A stretch of DNA of 32,000 bases, taken from the NCBI GenBank assembly GCA_012031415.1, contig JAAUTN010000019.1, positions 2,325 through 34,324 of the forward strand, written 5' to 3'. Source of the DNA: Leptolyngbyaceae cyanobacterium SM1_4_3. Its GTDB lineage: Bacteria; Cyanobacteriota; Cyanobacteriia; Elainellales; Elainellaceae. The translations under genes and the position numbers were made by a program. Positions 8,416 through 17,756 of the stretch are shown here, in pieces. The first letter of the stretch is position 1. Every line of letters begins with the position of its first letter. The notes beneath the pieces were generated by a model. The model made no database searches, was not told where the DNA came from, and saw only the letters and a program-made list of their open reading frames with translations.

Positions 8416-9014
8416 TGAAACTTCACAGGCTGCGAGTTTCTGGGGGAAGCGATCGCCCGTCTCAGCTTCTCAATCAGGGGTTTACGCTGATTGAACTGCT
8501 AGTCGTGATTAGCGTCATGGGAATTTTGGCGGCGATCGCCATTCCCAACTTCGTCAATCTGGTCGATCAAACCCGCGTCAACCTGCTGTCCGAGCAAATT
8601 CGCCAATCGCTAAAAGAAGCACAGCAGCAGGCAATCTTAGAAGGTCGCAACCAAACCGTTCACTTTCGTAAAACCAATGCAGGCATTCAGGTCGCACAAT
8701 CGCCCTACACTACTGAACCTGGAGAATGGAGAACGCTATCTCCCAGCATTCCGGCAGATCGGCTAGTCTTTTCAATTCCAGATTCTAACAACTCACTCAC
8801 GTTTACCCCCGAAGGCAACATAGAGTATGAAGCAATGGTATTTGTTGCTCTGGGAACCGACGCTCAGCCACGAGTCAGCACAAGGCGCTGTATCAACGTG
8901 TTAAATCAAAGAGATGGCATTAGCTACGTTCAAATCAACCAGGACACAGCCTGTGAGATTGCACCCAACATCGCACCTTATTTGCAGCCCGCTCCTGGAG
9001 GAATTGCGCGTTGA
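8415..9014 (+). CDS. Prepilin-type N-terminal cleavage/methylation domain protein, GspH/FimT-like pseudopilin
   Basis: The motif G|FTLIELLVVISVMGILAAIAIPNF follows a 22-aa leader. The ATG overlaps the TPR stop (TAATGA at 8412..8417). Confidence 0.8.
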   Translation: MKLHRLRVSGGSDRPSQLLNQGFTLIELLVVISVMGILAAIAIPNFVNLVDQTRVNLLSEQIRQSLKEAQQQAILEGRNQTVHFRKTNAGIQVAQSPYTTEPGEWRTLSPSIPADRLVFSIPDSNNSLTFTPEGNIEYEAMVFVALGTDAQPRVSTRRCINVLNQRDGISYVQINQDTACEIAPNIAPYLQPAPGGIAR

Positions 9015-9073
9015 AAATAAGTTTAGAGGAAGTCTGTAGTTCCGTAGGGGCATAGCATTCGGGAAAGGATTTT

Positions 9074-9177
9074 GGGCGTTGCTGATTGAAGGGACAAATT
9101 CTCGTAAGGGCGAACGGCCGTTCGCCCCTACAGAAGTCATCGGAACAGGCAAATCATCCCTACATTCAGCAACGCCA
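9074..9177. repeat. Nested inverted-repeat element: an outer imperfect inverted repeat around the palindrome GTAAGGGCGAACGGCCGTTCGCCCCTAC (9104..9131)
   Basis: The outer arms ggcgttgctgattgaaggg and ccctacattcagcaacgcc are complementary with 2-3 mismatches. The inner palindrome recurs at 13513..13538. Confidence 0.7.
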
Positions 9178-9181
9178 GTTC

Positions 9182-10662
<1,481 letters not shown>

Positions 10663-10725
10663 CTGCTTATCTTATCACCTTTGAGAGATGAAGCCGCACT
10701 GACTGTAAAAACTTGACGGTTTGTA

Positions 10726-11046
10726 TTAGTTAGCAATGCCCTCGGCTTGCTGTCGTTGAATTAACGTTTCAACAATGCGTACCAGGCGATCGGTGGTTTG
10801 CACTAAATGCTCGGCTGTTGCAGCTTGCCGCTGAACCGTTGTCTTGAGTTCTGCCATATCTGTTCTAAATTCCGCTAGAGCTGCCCTGAATTCGGCTGAA
10901 CTACGTTCCATCGACAATCTGAATTCGGTTATTCCTTCGGTTAAACGCCTAACTTGGTCAACGAGAATGTCGATTCTGTCGTCGGAATGAGTGCTGGATT
11001 GACTAGTCATAGCTTTTAGAGCAGCAGGTAAAGAGGATCTTAGCAT
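10726..11046 (-). CDS. Hypothetical coiled-coil protein
   Basis: 106-aa ORF with heptad-like repeats (AEFRAALAEFRTDMAELKTTVQRQ). An alternative ATG lies at 11010. I recognised no family. Confidence 0.45.
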   Translation of the reverse strand: MLRSSLPAALKAMTSQSSTHSDDRIDILVDQVRRLTEGITEFRLSMERSSAEFRAALAEFRTDMAELKTTVQRQAATAEHLVQTTDRLVRIVETLIQRQQAEGIAN

Positions 11047-11107
11047 AGGCGATCGCCCTTCCCGCGTAGGTTTGGGGGCGATCGCCCTTGCTCTCTAAAC
11101 CTGCTCT

Positions 11108-11515
11108 CTAAACCAAAATTGATGGCATCAAAACCGCATCAATAGCATGAATCACGCCGTTGTCAGTCAAGATATCAGTTTGAAGTATTTTGGCTTCGTT
11201 TACCCTTACCCCATTTTGCTCGACTGCTACTATTGAACCCTCCATTGTCGGGGCTTCATCGATTTGAGCCAGATCGTCTGACCGCACATCTCCAGAGATG
11301 ATGTGATATAGCAACACCTGCTTTAACTTGTGAGAATCTTGAAGCAGCGAGTCTAACGTTCCTTGTGGAAGCTGATCAAATGCATCATCTGTTGGTGCAA
11401 GGACAGTGTAAGGCCCTTCACTCTTTAGGATATCGACAAGTCCCGCACGCTCAACGGCGGTCACAAGCGTCTTAAATGAGCCTGCTTCAGTCGCAGTTTC
11501 TATTAAGTTAGCCAT
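11108..11515 (-). CDS. Fasciclin (FAS1) domain protein
   Basis: FAS1 motifs YTVLAPTDDAF and NGVIHAIDAVLMP. I prefer the ATG at 11515 (MANLIE), which is preceded by GGAGAA. Confidence 0.85.
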   Translation of the reverse strand: MANLIETATEAGSFKTLVTAVERAGLVDILKSEGPYTVLAPTDDAFDQLPQGTLDSLLQDSHKLKQVLLYHIISGDVRSDDLAQIDEAPTMEGSIVAVEQNGVRVNEAKILQTDILTDNGVIHAIDAVLMPSILV

Positions 11516-11611
11516 AGTAAATTTCTCCGTTTCATTAGAACTATCACCCTGAGAGGGTAGGTCTGAAACAAAGCAGATTGCATCACTCAAAGGACAGGCT
11601 CTGAGTTGAAT

Positions 11612-11791
11612 CTACTCATTCCTGTCTTCAAAAAACTCTTTAGGATCTTCAAAGAAATCTTCTACGTCCTCAAAGAAGTTCTCTAAGGTGGGTGACGTAA
11701 CCTCAACAATTGGATCACCCAGGACTCTCACAACAAGCCCGCTAACAATCGTAATTAAAAGAATACCTAACCAACCAAAAGGTTTGTTCAT
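11612..11791 (-). CDS. Small single-pass membrane protein with an acidic FFED-repeat tail (hypothetical)
   Basis: MNKPFGWLGILLITIVSGLVVRVL, then NFFEDVEDFFEDPKEFFEDRNE. It is short and I recognised no family. Confidence 0.35.
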   Translation of the reverse strand: MNKPFGWLGILLITIVSGLVVRVLGDPIVEVTSPTLENFFEDVEDFFEDPKEFFEDRNE

Positions 11792-11868
11792 ACCTAATAA
11801 ATATAGCCTGGAGTAGACAGAATATCTTGAAACATATTTCTCACGATACAAGACGGTTTCCTATTGCC

Positions 11869-12354
11869 ATGTCAAGCTCTTTAATATACCAACAATATTT
11901 TGACATGAGTACTCCAAGTTTGAATGCTGCAAAGCGGATTGCTACACTTAATCGCATTCGCAAGCTGAGCCGATTGATGGATACGGCTATTCGCATTCCT
12001 ATCATTAATTTTCGGATTGGGCTAGATCCAATTCTGGGTCTGGTTCCAGGAGCGGGAGATATTGTTACAACTGCGTTTTCGGCTTACATCATTTTTCTGG
12101 CGCGACGCTTCCAACTTCCTTCAGAGGTGATGAGTCAGATGGTCGCCAACATTGTTTTAGAAGCAGTCGTCGGCTCAGTACCGCTGCTGGGTGATTTGTT
12201 TGATGCATATTACAAGGCAAACGTGCGAAATCTGGCTCTTTTAGAAAAACATTTGCAGGTGACTGAACCAGAGCTTGAGCAAATTGACCCGCTGAACCTA
12301 TCGAGTACGGAAATGGCTGGAACTGCTTCTGCAAACATATCCACCCAGCCATAA
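11869..12354 (+). CDS. DUF4112-like membrane protein
   Basis: Pattern LMDTAIRIPIINFRIGLDPILGLVPGAGD...VGSVPLLGDLFDAYYKANVRNL. The family name is from memory. Confidence 0.7.
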   Translation: MSSSLIYQQYFDMSTPSLNAAKRIATLNRIRKLSRLMDTAIRIPIINFRIGLDPILGLVPGAGDIVTTAFSAYIIFLARRFQLPSEVMSQMVANIVLEAVVGSVPLLGDLFDAYYKANVRNLALLEKHLQVTEPELEQIDPLNLSSTEMAGTASANISTQP

Positions 12355-12556
12355 GTGGGCTGTTTTGTTAAGCGTAACCTATCAAAGTGAGTACTTTTGT
12401 TCTATAAACAAACCTCTGTGGATAGAAGGCACTTTTCCAGCAGTACTTTACAAAAGAGAAGTGGCAGTTTTAGGCTCACTTTTTGCGCTCCAAGAGTGTC
12501 TAGGAATCGCTTGAAGTGCTTTGTACTGAAGTCATGCATTCGTAAGGAATCAGGTT

Positions 12557-12946
12557 ATGGCGGTTAAAGAACTACGCAAGAGTGACGTGATGGCGCATCT
12601 GCTTAATGCTCTTGATCAGAAGCAGGATATTGGTCACTACGGTAGGCTGACTTTTGCAATGGTAGCGCGTCACTTTCTGTCGGAAGAGGAACTGGTGACG
12701 TACCTGCAAAAAGACCCAGATTGCGATGAACGGGAGGCGCGATCGCTCTATCAGCAGGTGCAGGGAAAGGACTACAATCCGCCTAAGCGCGATCGCATCC
12801 TGGAATGGCAAAAGAGTCAGGACTTTCCAATTTGCCCTAACCCCGATGACCCTGATGCTTGCAATGTTTACAAAGATCTCCAGTTTCCGCAAGATATCTA
12901 CGAACACATTTCGGAATACCACGAACAGAAAGCCGATAGTGAGTAA
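12557..12946 (+). CDS. Hypothetical protein (129 aa)
   Basis: Clean ORF with an ATG start and a globular-looking composition. I recognised no family. Confidence 0.5.
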   Translation: MAVKELRKSDVMAHLLNALDQKQDIGHYGRLTFAMVARHFLSEEELVTYLQKDPDCDEREARSLYQQVQGKDYNPPKRDRILEWQKSQDFPICPNPDDPDACNVYKDLQFPQDIYEHISEYHEQKADSE

Positions 12947-13187
12947 TATCAATTCAATTTGAGCTTGCACAGAATGAACGTTGGCAAGACAAAGGACTTA
13001 AGCCTTTTGTTCTATGCATTTCTTTTAGGAACATGAATTAAATAACCTGCGGCCCTTTCAAAAAAGCATCGAGTTTTATTTCATTCATGATCCGTAAAGA
13101 ATTGGTGCAAGGTTATTTGTTTGCTCGGTAAATCTTGCTTTCAGTCCTTACTCAAGAATTAGGATTAAACTTTGAACTTCTTGATCC

Positions 13188-13409
13188 TCAGTAGGGACGC
13201 TTGAAAATAGCAAGAATTTCGCTCGTTCTTCCAGAGCCTCGATTAATATCAATTATGTTGACGAGTTCCCAACTCTCTGCACCTGCGTTATTGAAAGACT
13301 CTTCTATGGAGCGTGGATTAATATTTGGTTCAAAAAGCCTACCAACCTCAATATACATGACAAAATATTCCCACCGTTGATCTCGATCTGATGAATAAAC
13401 CATTTGCAT
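13188..13409 (-). CDS. DUF4177-like small protein
   Basis: WEYFVMYIEV ... FNNAGAESWELVNIIDI resembles the WEYK...G.EGWELV pattern of DUF4177. The start was chosen at MQMVY. Confidence 0.5.
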   Translation of the reverse strand: MQMVYSSDRDQRWEYFVMYIEVGRLFEPNINPRSIEESFNNAGAESWELVNIIDINRGSGRTSEILAIFKRPY

Positions 13410-13486
13410 CCTTCCCTTAATTTGATTAGAATCAGCCGAGATGTGATGCACCCCGACATTTTCAGTTGTCTGCCATGTGACTTACA

Positions 13487-13623
13487 GCGTCTTGCAGATG
13501 AATAAACCACAGGTAGGGGCACGGCCGTTCGCCCCTACAGGGATTTGTGTCTTATGCAATTGAAAACTGCTGTAGGAATGAAAATTAAATAAACTGTAAT
13601 TTTGTAGGACAGGCATCTTGTCC
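13487..13623. repeat. Second copy of the repeat mosaic seen at 2900-3180
   Basis: The modules occur in the same order as at 2900-3180: gcgtcttgcagatgaataaaccacagg, GTAGGGGCACGGCCGTTCGCCCCTAC, tgcaattgaaaactgctgtagg, ggacaggcatcttgtcc. Confidence 0.8.
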
Positions 13624-13712
13624 GGGCGGGCGGGTGAGACACCCACGCCACAGGTTATTTAATCCACAATCCTTAATCAACAGGGGAAGATTTGCTGGTT
13701 TCGAGATCAGTA

Positions 13713-14213
13713 CTAGAGTCCGGTAGATTCGTCGTATTCTGCGGTGGTGGGATCAACGCCCATTGGGGAAACAATGTCGCGGAAGAGGGTGATTTGCTGC
13801 TCAAACTTTAGCCCTTTGATCTGATTCAGCAGGTTGTCTGCTTCAGAGGCAAGCTGATAGTTGGGCGGCATGGGGATGATTGTAGCGCTGTCCATGCCCT
13901 GCGCTAGACGATACCAAAACAGCAGCTTGGTCGTGTCACTCATTGCGCCATATTCCCGGCTGATCAGGTTATTCTGTCCAGTGACCAAATCCCGTTGAAT
14001 CTGTAACTGCTGTTCATGGGACATATCCTTCACCTGATTAAATAGCCCTTCTGCAACTTCTGTAGAAACAGTACCAGCTCCAGGTGCGGCAGGCGTAACG
14101 GAATTTCCCATTTCCTTGTAGACAAACCAAAACAGAGCTAACTGCTGGTCTACTTCTAGGCTGCGAAAGCTCTGAACCAGTTTGCTGGAGGGGTTTGAAG
14201 TCGTATATGTCAT
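13713..14213 (-). CDS. Helical carotenoid protein (stand-alone homologue of the OCP N-terminal domain)
   Basis: Block-by-block similarity to the OCP N-terminal domain: DQQLALFWFVYKEMGNSVTPAAPGA vs EDQLALIWFAYLEMGKTLTIAAPGA; KLLFWYRLAQGM vs KLGFWYRLGELM; QQITLFRDIV vs QQITVLRNAV. Start chosen at MTYTTS (14213). Confidence 0.85.
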   Translation of the reverse strand: MTYTTSNPSSKLVQSFRSLEVDQQLALFWFVYKEMGNSVTPAAPGAGTVSTEVAEGLFNQVKDMSHEQQLQIQRDLVTGQNNLISREYGAMSDTTKLLFWYRLAQGMDSATIIPMPPNYQLASEADNLLNQIKGLKFEQQITLFRDIVSPMGVDPTTAEYDESTGL

Positions 14214-14372
14214 GAGAATCTGATAAATCATCTTCCTGACGCTACCAAGATGGCTGCGATCGCTTAAACCCACTAAGGGCAGAGGCTCATACCCTCTCTG
14301 AAGGCATAGCTTAACTGCCAATTTTGAATGCTTCAACAAACATCCCGTAGATTAGACCGATCTTGACAGCGT

Positions 14373-14663
14373 TTAGCATTTCGGTAAATAGCGGGCGTTT
14401 GAAAGGAGCTTCGGCTGACCTGCGAAGCGATCGCCTCTTGTAACCACCCAGTTAACTAGTTCCGTAGAGGCAACCAGCAGGAGGGCAACCAGAGAGTCTA
14501 GTTCTGCGGTTTGTCCGGCCGTTGTCGCTACAATCGTTGCCAGTAAGTTGCCAAATAGGAGACTAATGATCACGAGCGAAAATCGCCGCCAGGGATTTTG
14601 TAGCCAGCGATCGAGCCGTCCAAGCAGGTTATCAACCAGACTATTGAGACGAGTATTTTGCAT
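14373..14663 (-). CDS. DUF565 / Ycf20-like membrane protein
   Basis: NPWRRFSLVIISLLFGNLLATIVATTAGQTAELD pattern. Start chosen at MQNTRLN (14663). Confidence 0.7.
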   Translation of the reverse strand: MQNTRLNSLVDNLLGRLDRWLQNPWRRFSLVIISLLFGNLLATIVATTAGQTAELDSLVALLLVASTELVNWVVTRGDRFAGQPKLLSNARYLPKC

Positions 14664-14821
14664 AACTGGATTCCACATCTGAACAAATATCAGGATGAAG
14701 TAATGTAAGTCCTGGATTAGACTAAAGAAAGCAAGAATTAAAAGTTTATATGAGTTGCGTGAGTTTAGAAATGTTAGCTTAAAGGGCATTTCAACTCATG
14801 TTATAAGCTATTGGCGGTTCT

Positions 14822-15496
14822 TTGAGGGGTCGCCCGTTTTCAGCTAATCTACTTTTGCGAGATGGTGTAAGGGGGCAGGGTGAAGTGACCAAAGATTTGA
14901 AGCTAAAACTCTACCCCGCGATTATTGGAGTTTTAGGTATAGGAATTATCTTCTTGCTGATTGGGCGATTTGATATCAGTATTTGGATGGAACCGATCCC
15001 ATCTGAGGAAACCGGGTTAGATGCTCCGCCTCCATCTTCTGAAGCAGTGCCCAGAGAAGTGCCGTCTCCTAGCTTTACTCCAGCACCAGTTGCAGTCAGC
15101 CCAGCAGCTCCAGCAGCTTCAGTTGGGCCGTCGGAGGAGAATTCTGCGATCGCCCAACTTGGCAACCTGCGAGTCAGCAACCAGACTAGTCATCCGGTTC
15201 GAGTTGCACTTTTAGCTCAGTCACCAGTCACCACCTCTGCTTCAGAAGGTTCCTCTACCGAAGGCACAGACACTTATAGCGAACCCGTCCACTGGGATTT
15301 TGCACCGGGAGAAGGCAGCGCCAGCGGGCTGTTGCTTTCCCTGCCAGAAGGTGAACTGCAACTGCAACAGGGGGACATTTTGGTTGTGTTTGCTCAGGAC
15401 GGTTCACGGCAGTATTGGGGCCCTTACGTCGTCGGCAAAACGGTACGCCCAATCTGGAGCAGCGGAACTGAAGAATGGCAACTAATCGTCCAATAG
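14822..15496 (+). CDS. Hypothetical membrane-anchored protein with a Pro/Ala/Ser-rich linker
   Basis: One transmembrane segment (LYPAIIGVLGIGIIFLLIG), a PAS-rich spacer, and a globular C-terminus. The start codon is uncertain (TTG at 14822). Confidence 0.5.
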   Translation: MRGRPFSANLLLRDGVRGQGEVTKDLKLKLYPAIIGVLGIGIIFLLIGRFDISIWMEPIPSEETGLDAPPPSSEAVPREVPSPSFTPAPVAVSPAAPAASVGPSEENSAIAQLGNLRVSNQTSHPVRVALLAQSPVTTSASEGSSTEGTDTYSEPVHWDFAPGEGSASGLLLSLPEGELQLQQGDILVVFAQDGSRQYWGPYVVGKTVRPIWSSGTEEWQLIVQ

Positions 15497-15578
15497 AAAA
15501 GACTATTTTCCAGTTAAAGTAAGGTCTGGCAGATGATCTGTCAGACCTCAAACTTGCTTAAGCATCTCATAGCTTTCC

Positions 15579-17123
15579 ATGAAATTTGGGATCGATCGCC
15601 CCGATAAACTTCTCCAACAGTGGAAACAGCCCGTTCCCGCCTGGACACTCTCAATCCTCTGGATTTGCCTGATTAGCTTCCTGGCTTTTGTCTGGAATCT
15701 AGGCAGTATCGGCTTGGTTGATGAAACCGAACCGCTATTTGCCGAAGCAGCCCGCCAGATGACGGAAACTGGAGACTGGATCACGCCCTATTTCAACGGG
15801 GCAACGCGGTTTGATAAGCCGCCCCTGATCTATTGGCTAATGGCGATCGCCTATCAAATCATCGGGGTAAACGAGTGGGCGGTGCGCCTACCCTCAGCAC
15901 TGGCCGCGATCGCCCTCACTTTAATGGGGTTTTACACGCTCAAGCAATTTGGCTTTCCCTCCCCTGCTGCCGCCGACACAGGAACGTTTCCAGCCCTTAA
16001 CCAAACCGATGGTCAGCGCTGGATAGCGGCTTGGACAGGTGCGGCCATGATTGCGCTCAACACGCACACCATTGTCTGGGCCAGAACAGGCGTTTCAGAT
16101 ATGCTGTTGAGCGGCTGCATGGGAACGGCTTTGCTTGCTTTCTTCTGCGGCTATGCTCAGCCCTCACGACCGCAAGTGCAAACTCGCTGGTATCTCGCTT
16201 TTTACGTCCTGGCAGCCCTCGCCGTGTTAGCTAAAGGTCCAGTGGGGATCGTGCTGCCCGTGCTGATTATCGGGACGTTTTTGCTGTACGTGGGCAACGG
16301 CTGGACGGTGCTGCGCGAGATGCGACTGCTGCGCGGCAGTCTAATTTTTTTGGCGATCGCTGTCCCCTGGTTTGTCCTGGTCATTCAGGCGAATGGGCAA
16401 GAATATATCGACAATTTCTTTGGCTATCACAACTTTGAGCGATTTACTCAGGTCGTCAACCGTCACGATGCACCCTGGTATTTTTACTTCTTTGCCGTTT
16501 TGCTTGGGTTTGCACCCTGGTCGCTGTATTTGCCAGTGGCGATCGCCCGTCTCCGCATTTGGCAGCGTACCCACTGGCAGCAGCAGCCCCGCGCGGCGCA
16601 CCTGAGTCTGTTTGCCTGGAGTTGGCTAGTTGTAATCTTCAGTTTTTTCACCGTTGCTGTCACAAAGCTTCCCAGCTACGTCCTGCCGCTGATGCCTGCC
16701 GCCGCCATTCTAGTGGCGCTGCTGTGGAGTGAACAAATGAGTCGCCAGCGGATCGGTCGTAGCGTGCTAACTACGGGCATCGTCAATGCTGTATTTTTGG
16801 CAGTGCTGGCTGGGGCAGTTCTTTATAGCCCTAACTGGATGGGCGACGATCCCGCCATGCGAAACTTGCCAGAGGTGATTAGCCAGTCTGGAATCTTGCT
16901 CTGGGGAGCGGCAGTTTGGGCGATCGCGGCGATCGCCATGCTGATTTTACTGCTGCGCCGTCAGGGACGCTGGCTCTGGCTAGTAAATTTCATCGGCTTC
17001 TGCGCTTTCATCACCTTTGCGGTGATGCCTGCCTTCTCCATTGTGGATAGTCTGAGGCAGCTTCCACTCAGGCAGCTTTCAGCCACAATGGTGCAAGCCC
17101 AGCAACCACAAGAAAGGCTATGA
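15579..17123 (+). CDS. ArnT/PMT-like glycosyltransferase (family 39/83), polytopic membrane protein
   Basis: ETEPLFAEAARQMTETGDWITPYFNGATRFDKPPLIYWLMA is the signature N-terminal loop. About 12 hydrophobic segments follow. Confidence 0.85.
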   Translation: MKFGIDRPDKLLQQWKQPVPAWTLSILWICLISFLAFVWNLGSIGLVDETEPLFAEAARQMTETGDWITPYFNGATRFDKPPLIYWLMAIAYQIIGVNEWAVRLPSALAAIALTLMGFYTLKQFGFPSPAAADTGTFPALNQTDGQRWIAAWTGAAMIALNTHTIVWARTGVSDMLLSGCMGTALLAFFCGYAQPSRPQVQTRWYLAFYVLAALAVLAKGPVGIVLPVLIIGTFLLYVGNGWTVLREMRLLRGSLIFLAIAVPWFVLVIQANGQEYIDNFFGYHNFERFTQVVNRHDAPWYFYFFAVLLGFAPWSLYLPVAIARLRIWQRTHWQQQPRAAHLSLFAWSWLVVIFSFFTVAVTKLPSYVLPLMPAAAILVALLWSEQMSRQRIGRSVLTTGIVNAVFLAVLAGAVLYSPNWMGDDPAMRNLPEVISQSGILLWGAAVWAIAAIAMLILLLRRQGRWLWLVNFIGFCAFITFAVMPAFSIVDSLRQLPLRQLSATMVQAQQPQERL

Positions 17124-17362
17124 TGCTTGGATTTCAGAAACCTAGTCTGGTATTCTACACGGAACGTCCGATTCTATTTGTTGCTGATCCCGATGAGTTA
17201 GAAGATCAGCTCGACCAAATTTATCAGCAAAATACTCCTTCAGTGCTAATGGTCGCCTTTCCCCATAAGCTGAGGGAAGCAGACCTGGAACCTGAGCAAT
17301 ATCAGTTGGTTGAACAGGCAGGAGCCTATCTGCTGATTCGGATTGAGCTACCGCTTAAGTAA
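17120..17362 (+). CDS. Probable detached C-terminal domain of the glycosyltransferase
   Basis: MMLGFQKPSLVFYTERPILFV resembles the usual C-terminal soluble tail of these enzymes. It overlaps the upstream stop (ATGA) and sits in the -1 frame. One extra A in the run at 17113..17115 would fuse the two ORFs. Confidence 0.55.
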   Translation: MMLGFQKPSLVFYTERPILFVADPDELEDQLDQIYQQNTPSVLMVAFPHKLREADLEPEQYQLVEQAGAYLLIRIELPLK

Positions 17363-17368
17363 ATTAAC

Positions 17369-17455
17369 CAGGACTTACGCAAGTAGAACGCAAAGTCAGG
17401 CGATCGTCACGTTAACAAGGGGCTTAAGCCCCTTGTTATGCCGCTTAGTCCTCGG
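17369..17455. mobile_element. MITE-like element with imperfect terminal inverted repeats (CAGGACTTACGC ... GCTTAGTCCTCG) and a central GGGGCTTAAGCCCC hairpin
   Basis: It has the same architecture and internal sequence (aagtagaaYgcaaaRtcaggcgatcg...gttaacaa.gggctta) as 27031..27202. The boundaries are approximate. Confidence 0.5.
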
Positions 17456-17687
17456 TGGGGACATACCTGAAATCGTGCCTGTCAGTATCTAGGATAGTCC
17501 GGTTCAGCAAGCTCATGAATTTGCCCGGACAATTGGGGACAGGTATAGCTTTGCTCCACGCACTTACCTCAACCACACCAAGACGATGCTGGTTGTAGAT
17601 ATAGCTTCTAACATTCTTCTCTGTTCCAACTACCAAGACTGTGAGAACAGAGGGATCTGAATTACTAAAATCCTCAAGATTGAACAT
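17445..17687 (-). CDS. Hypothetical small protein (80 aa)
   Basis: ATG-initiated ORF divergent from the methyltransferase. It loosely resembles a small conserved cyanobacterial protein (VLVVG...HRLG...EVS.WS), recalled from memory only. Confidence 0.45.
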   Translation of the reverse strand: MFNLEDFSNSDPSVLTVLVVGTEKNVRSYIYNQHRLGVVEVSAWSKAIPVPNCPGKFMSLLNRTILDTDRHDFRYVPTED

Positions 17688-17721
17688 AGTAAGAATGCGG
17701 TACCAATGTAGGTTTAGATGA

Positions 17722-17753
17722 TTGACAACATTCTTTGAATACTATAGTATTCA
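17722..17753 (+). promoter_or_regulatory. Putative methyltransferase promoter (TTGACA-17 nt-TAGTAT) overlapped by an 18-bp perfect palindrome, TGAATACTATAGTATTCA
   Basis: TTGACA at 17722..17727 and TAGTAT at 17745..17750. The palindrome spans 17736..17753 and ends 3 nt before the ATG at 17757. Confidence 0.5.
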
Positions 17754-17756
17754 GGC

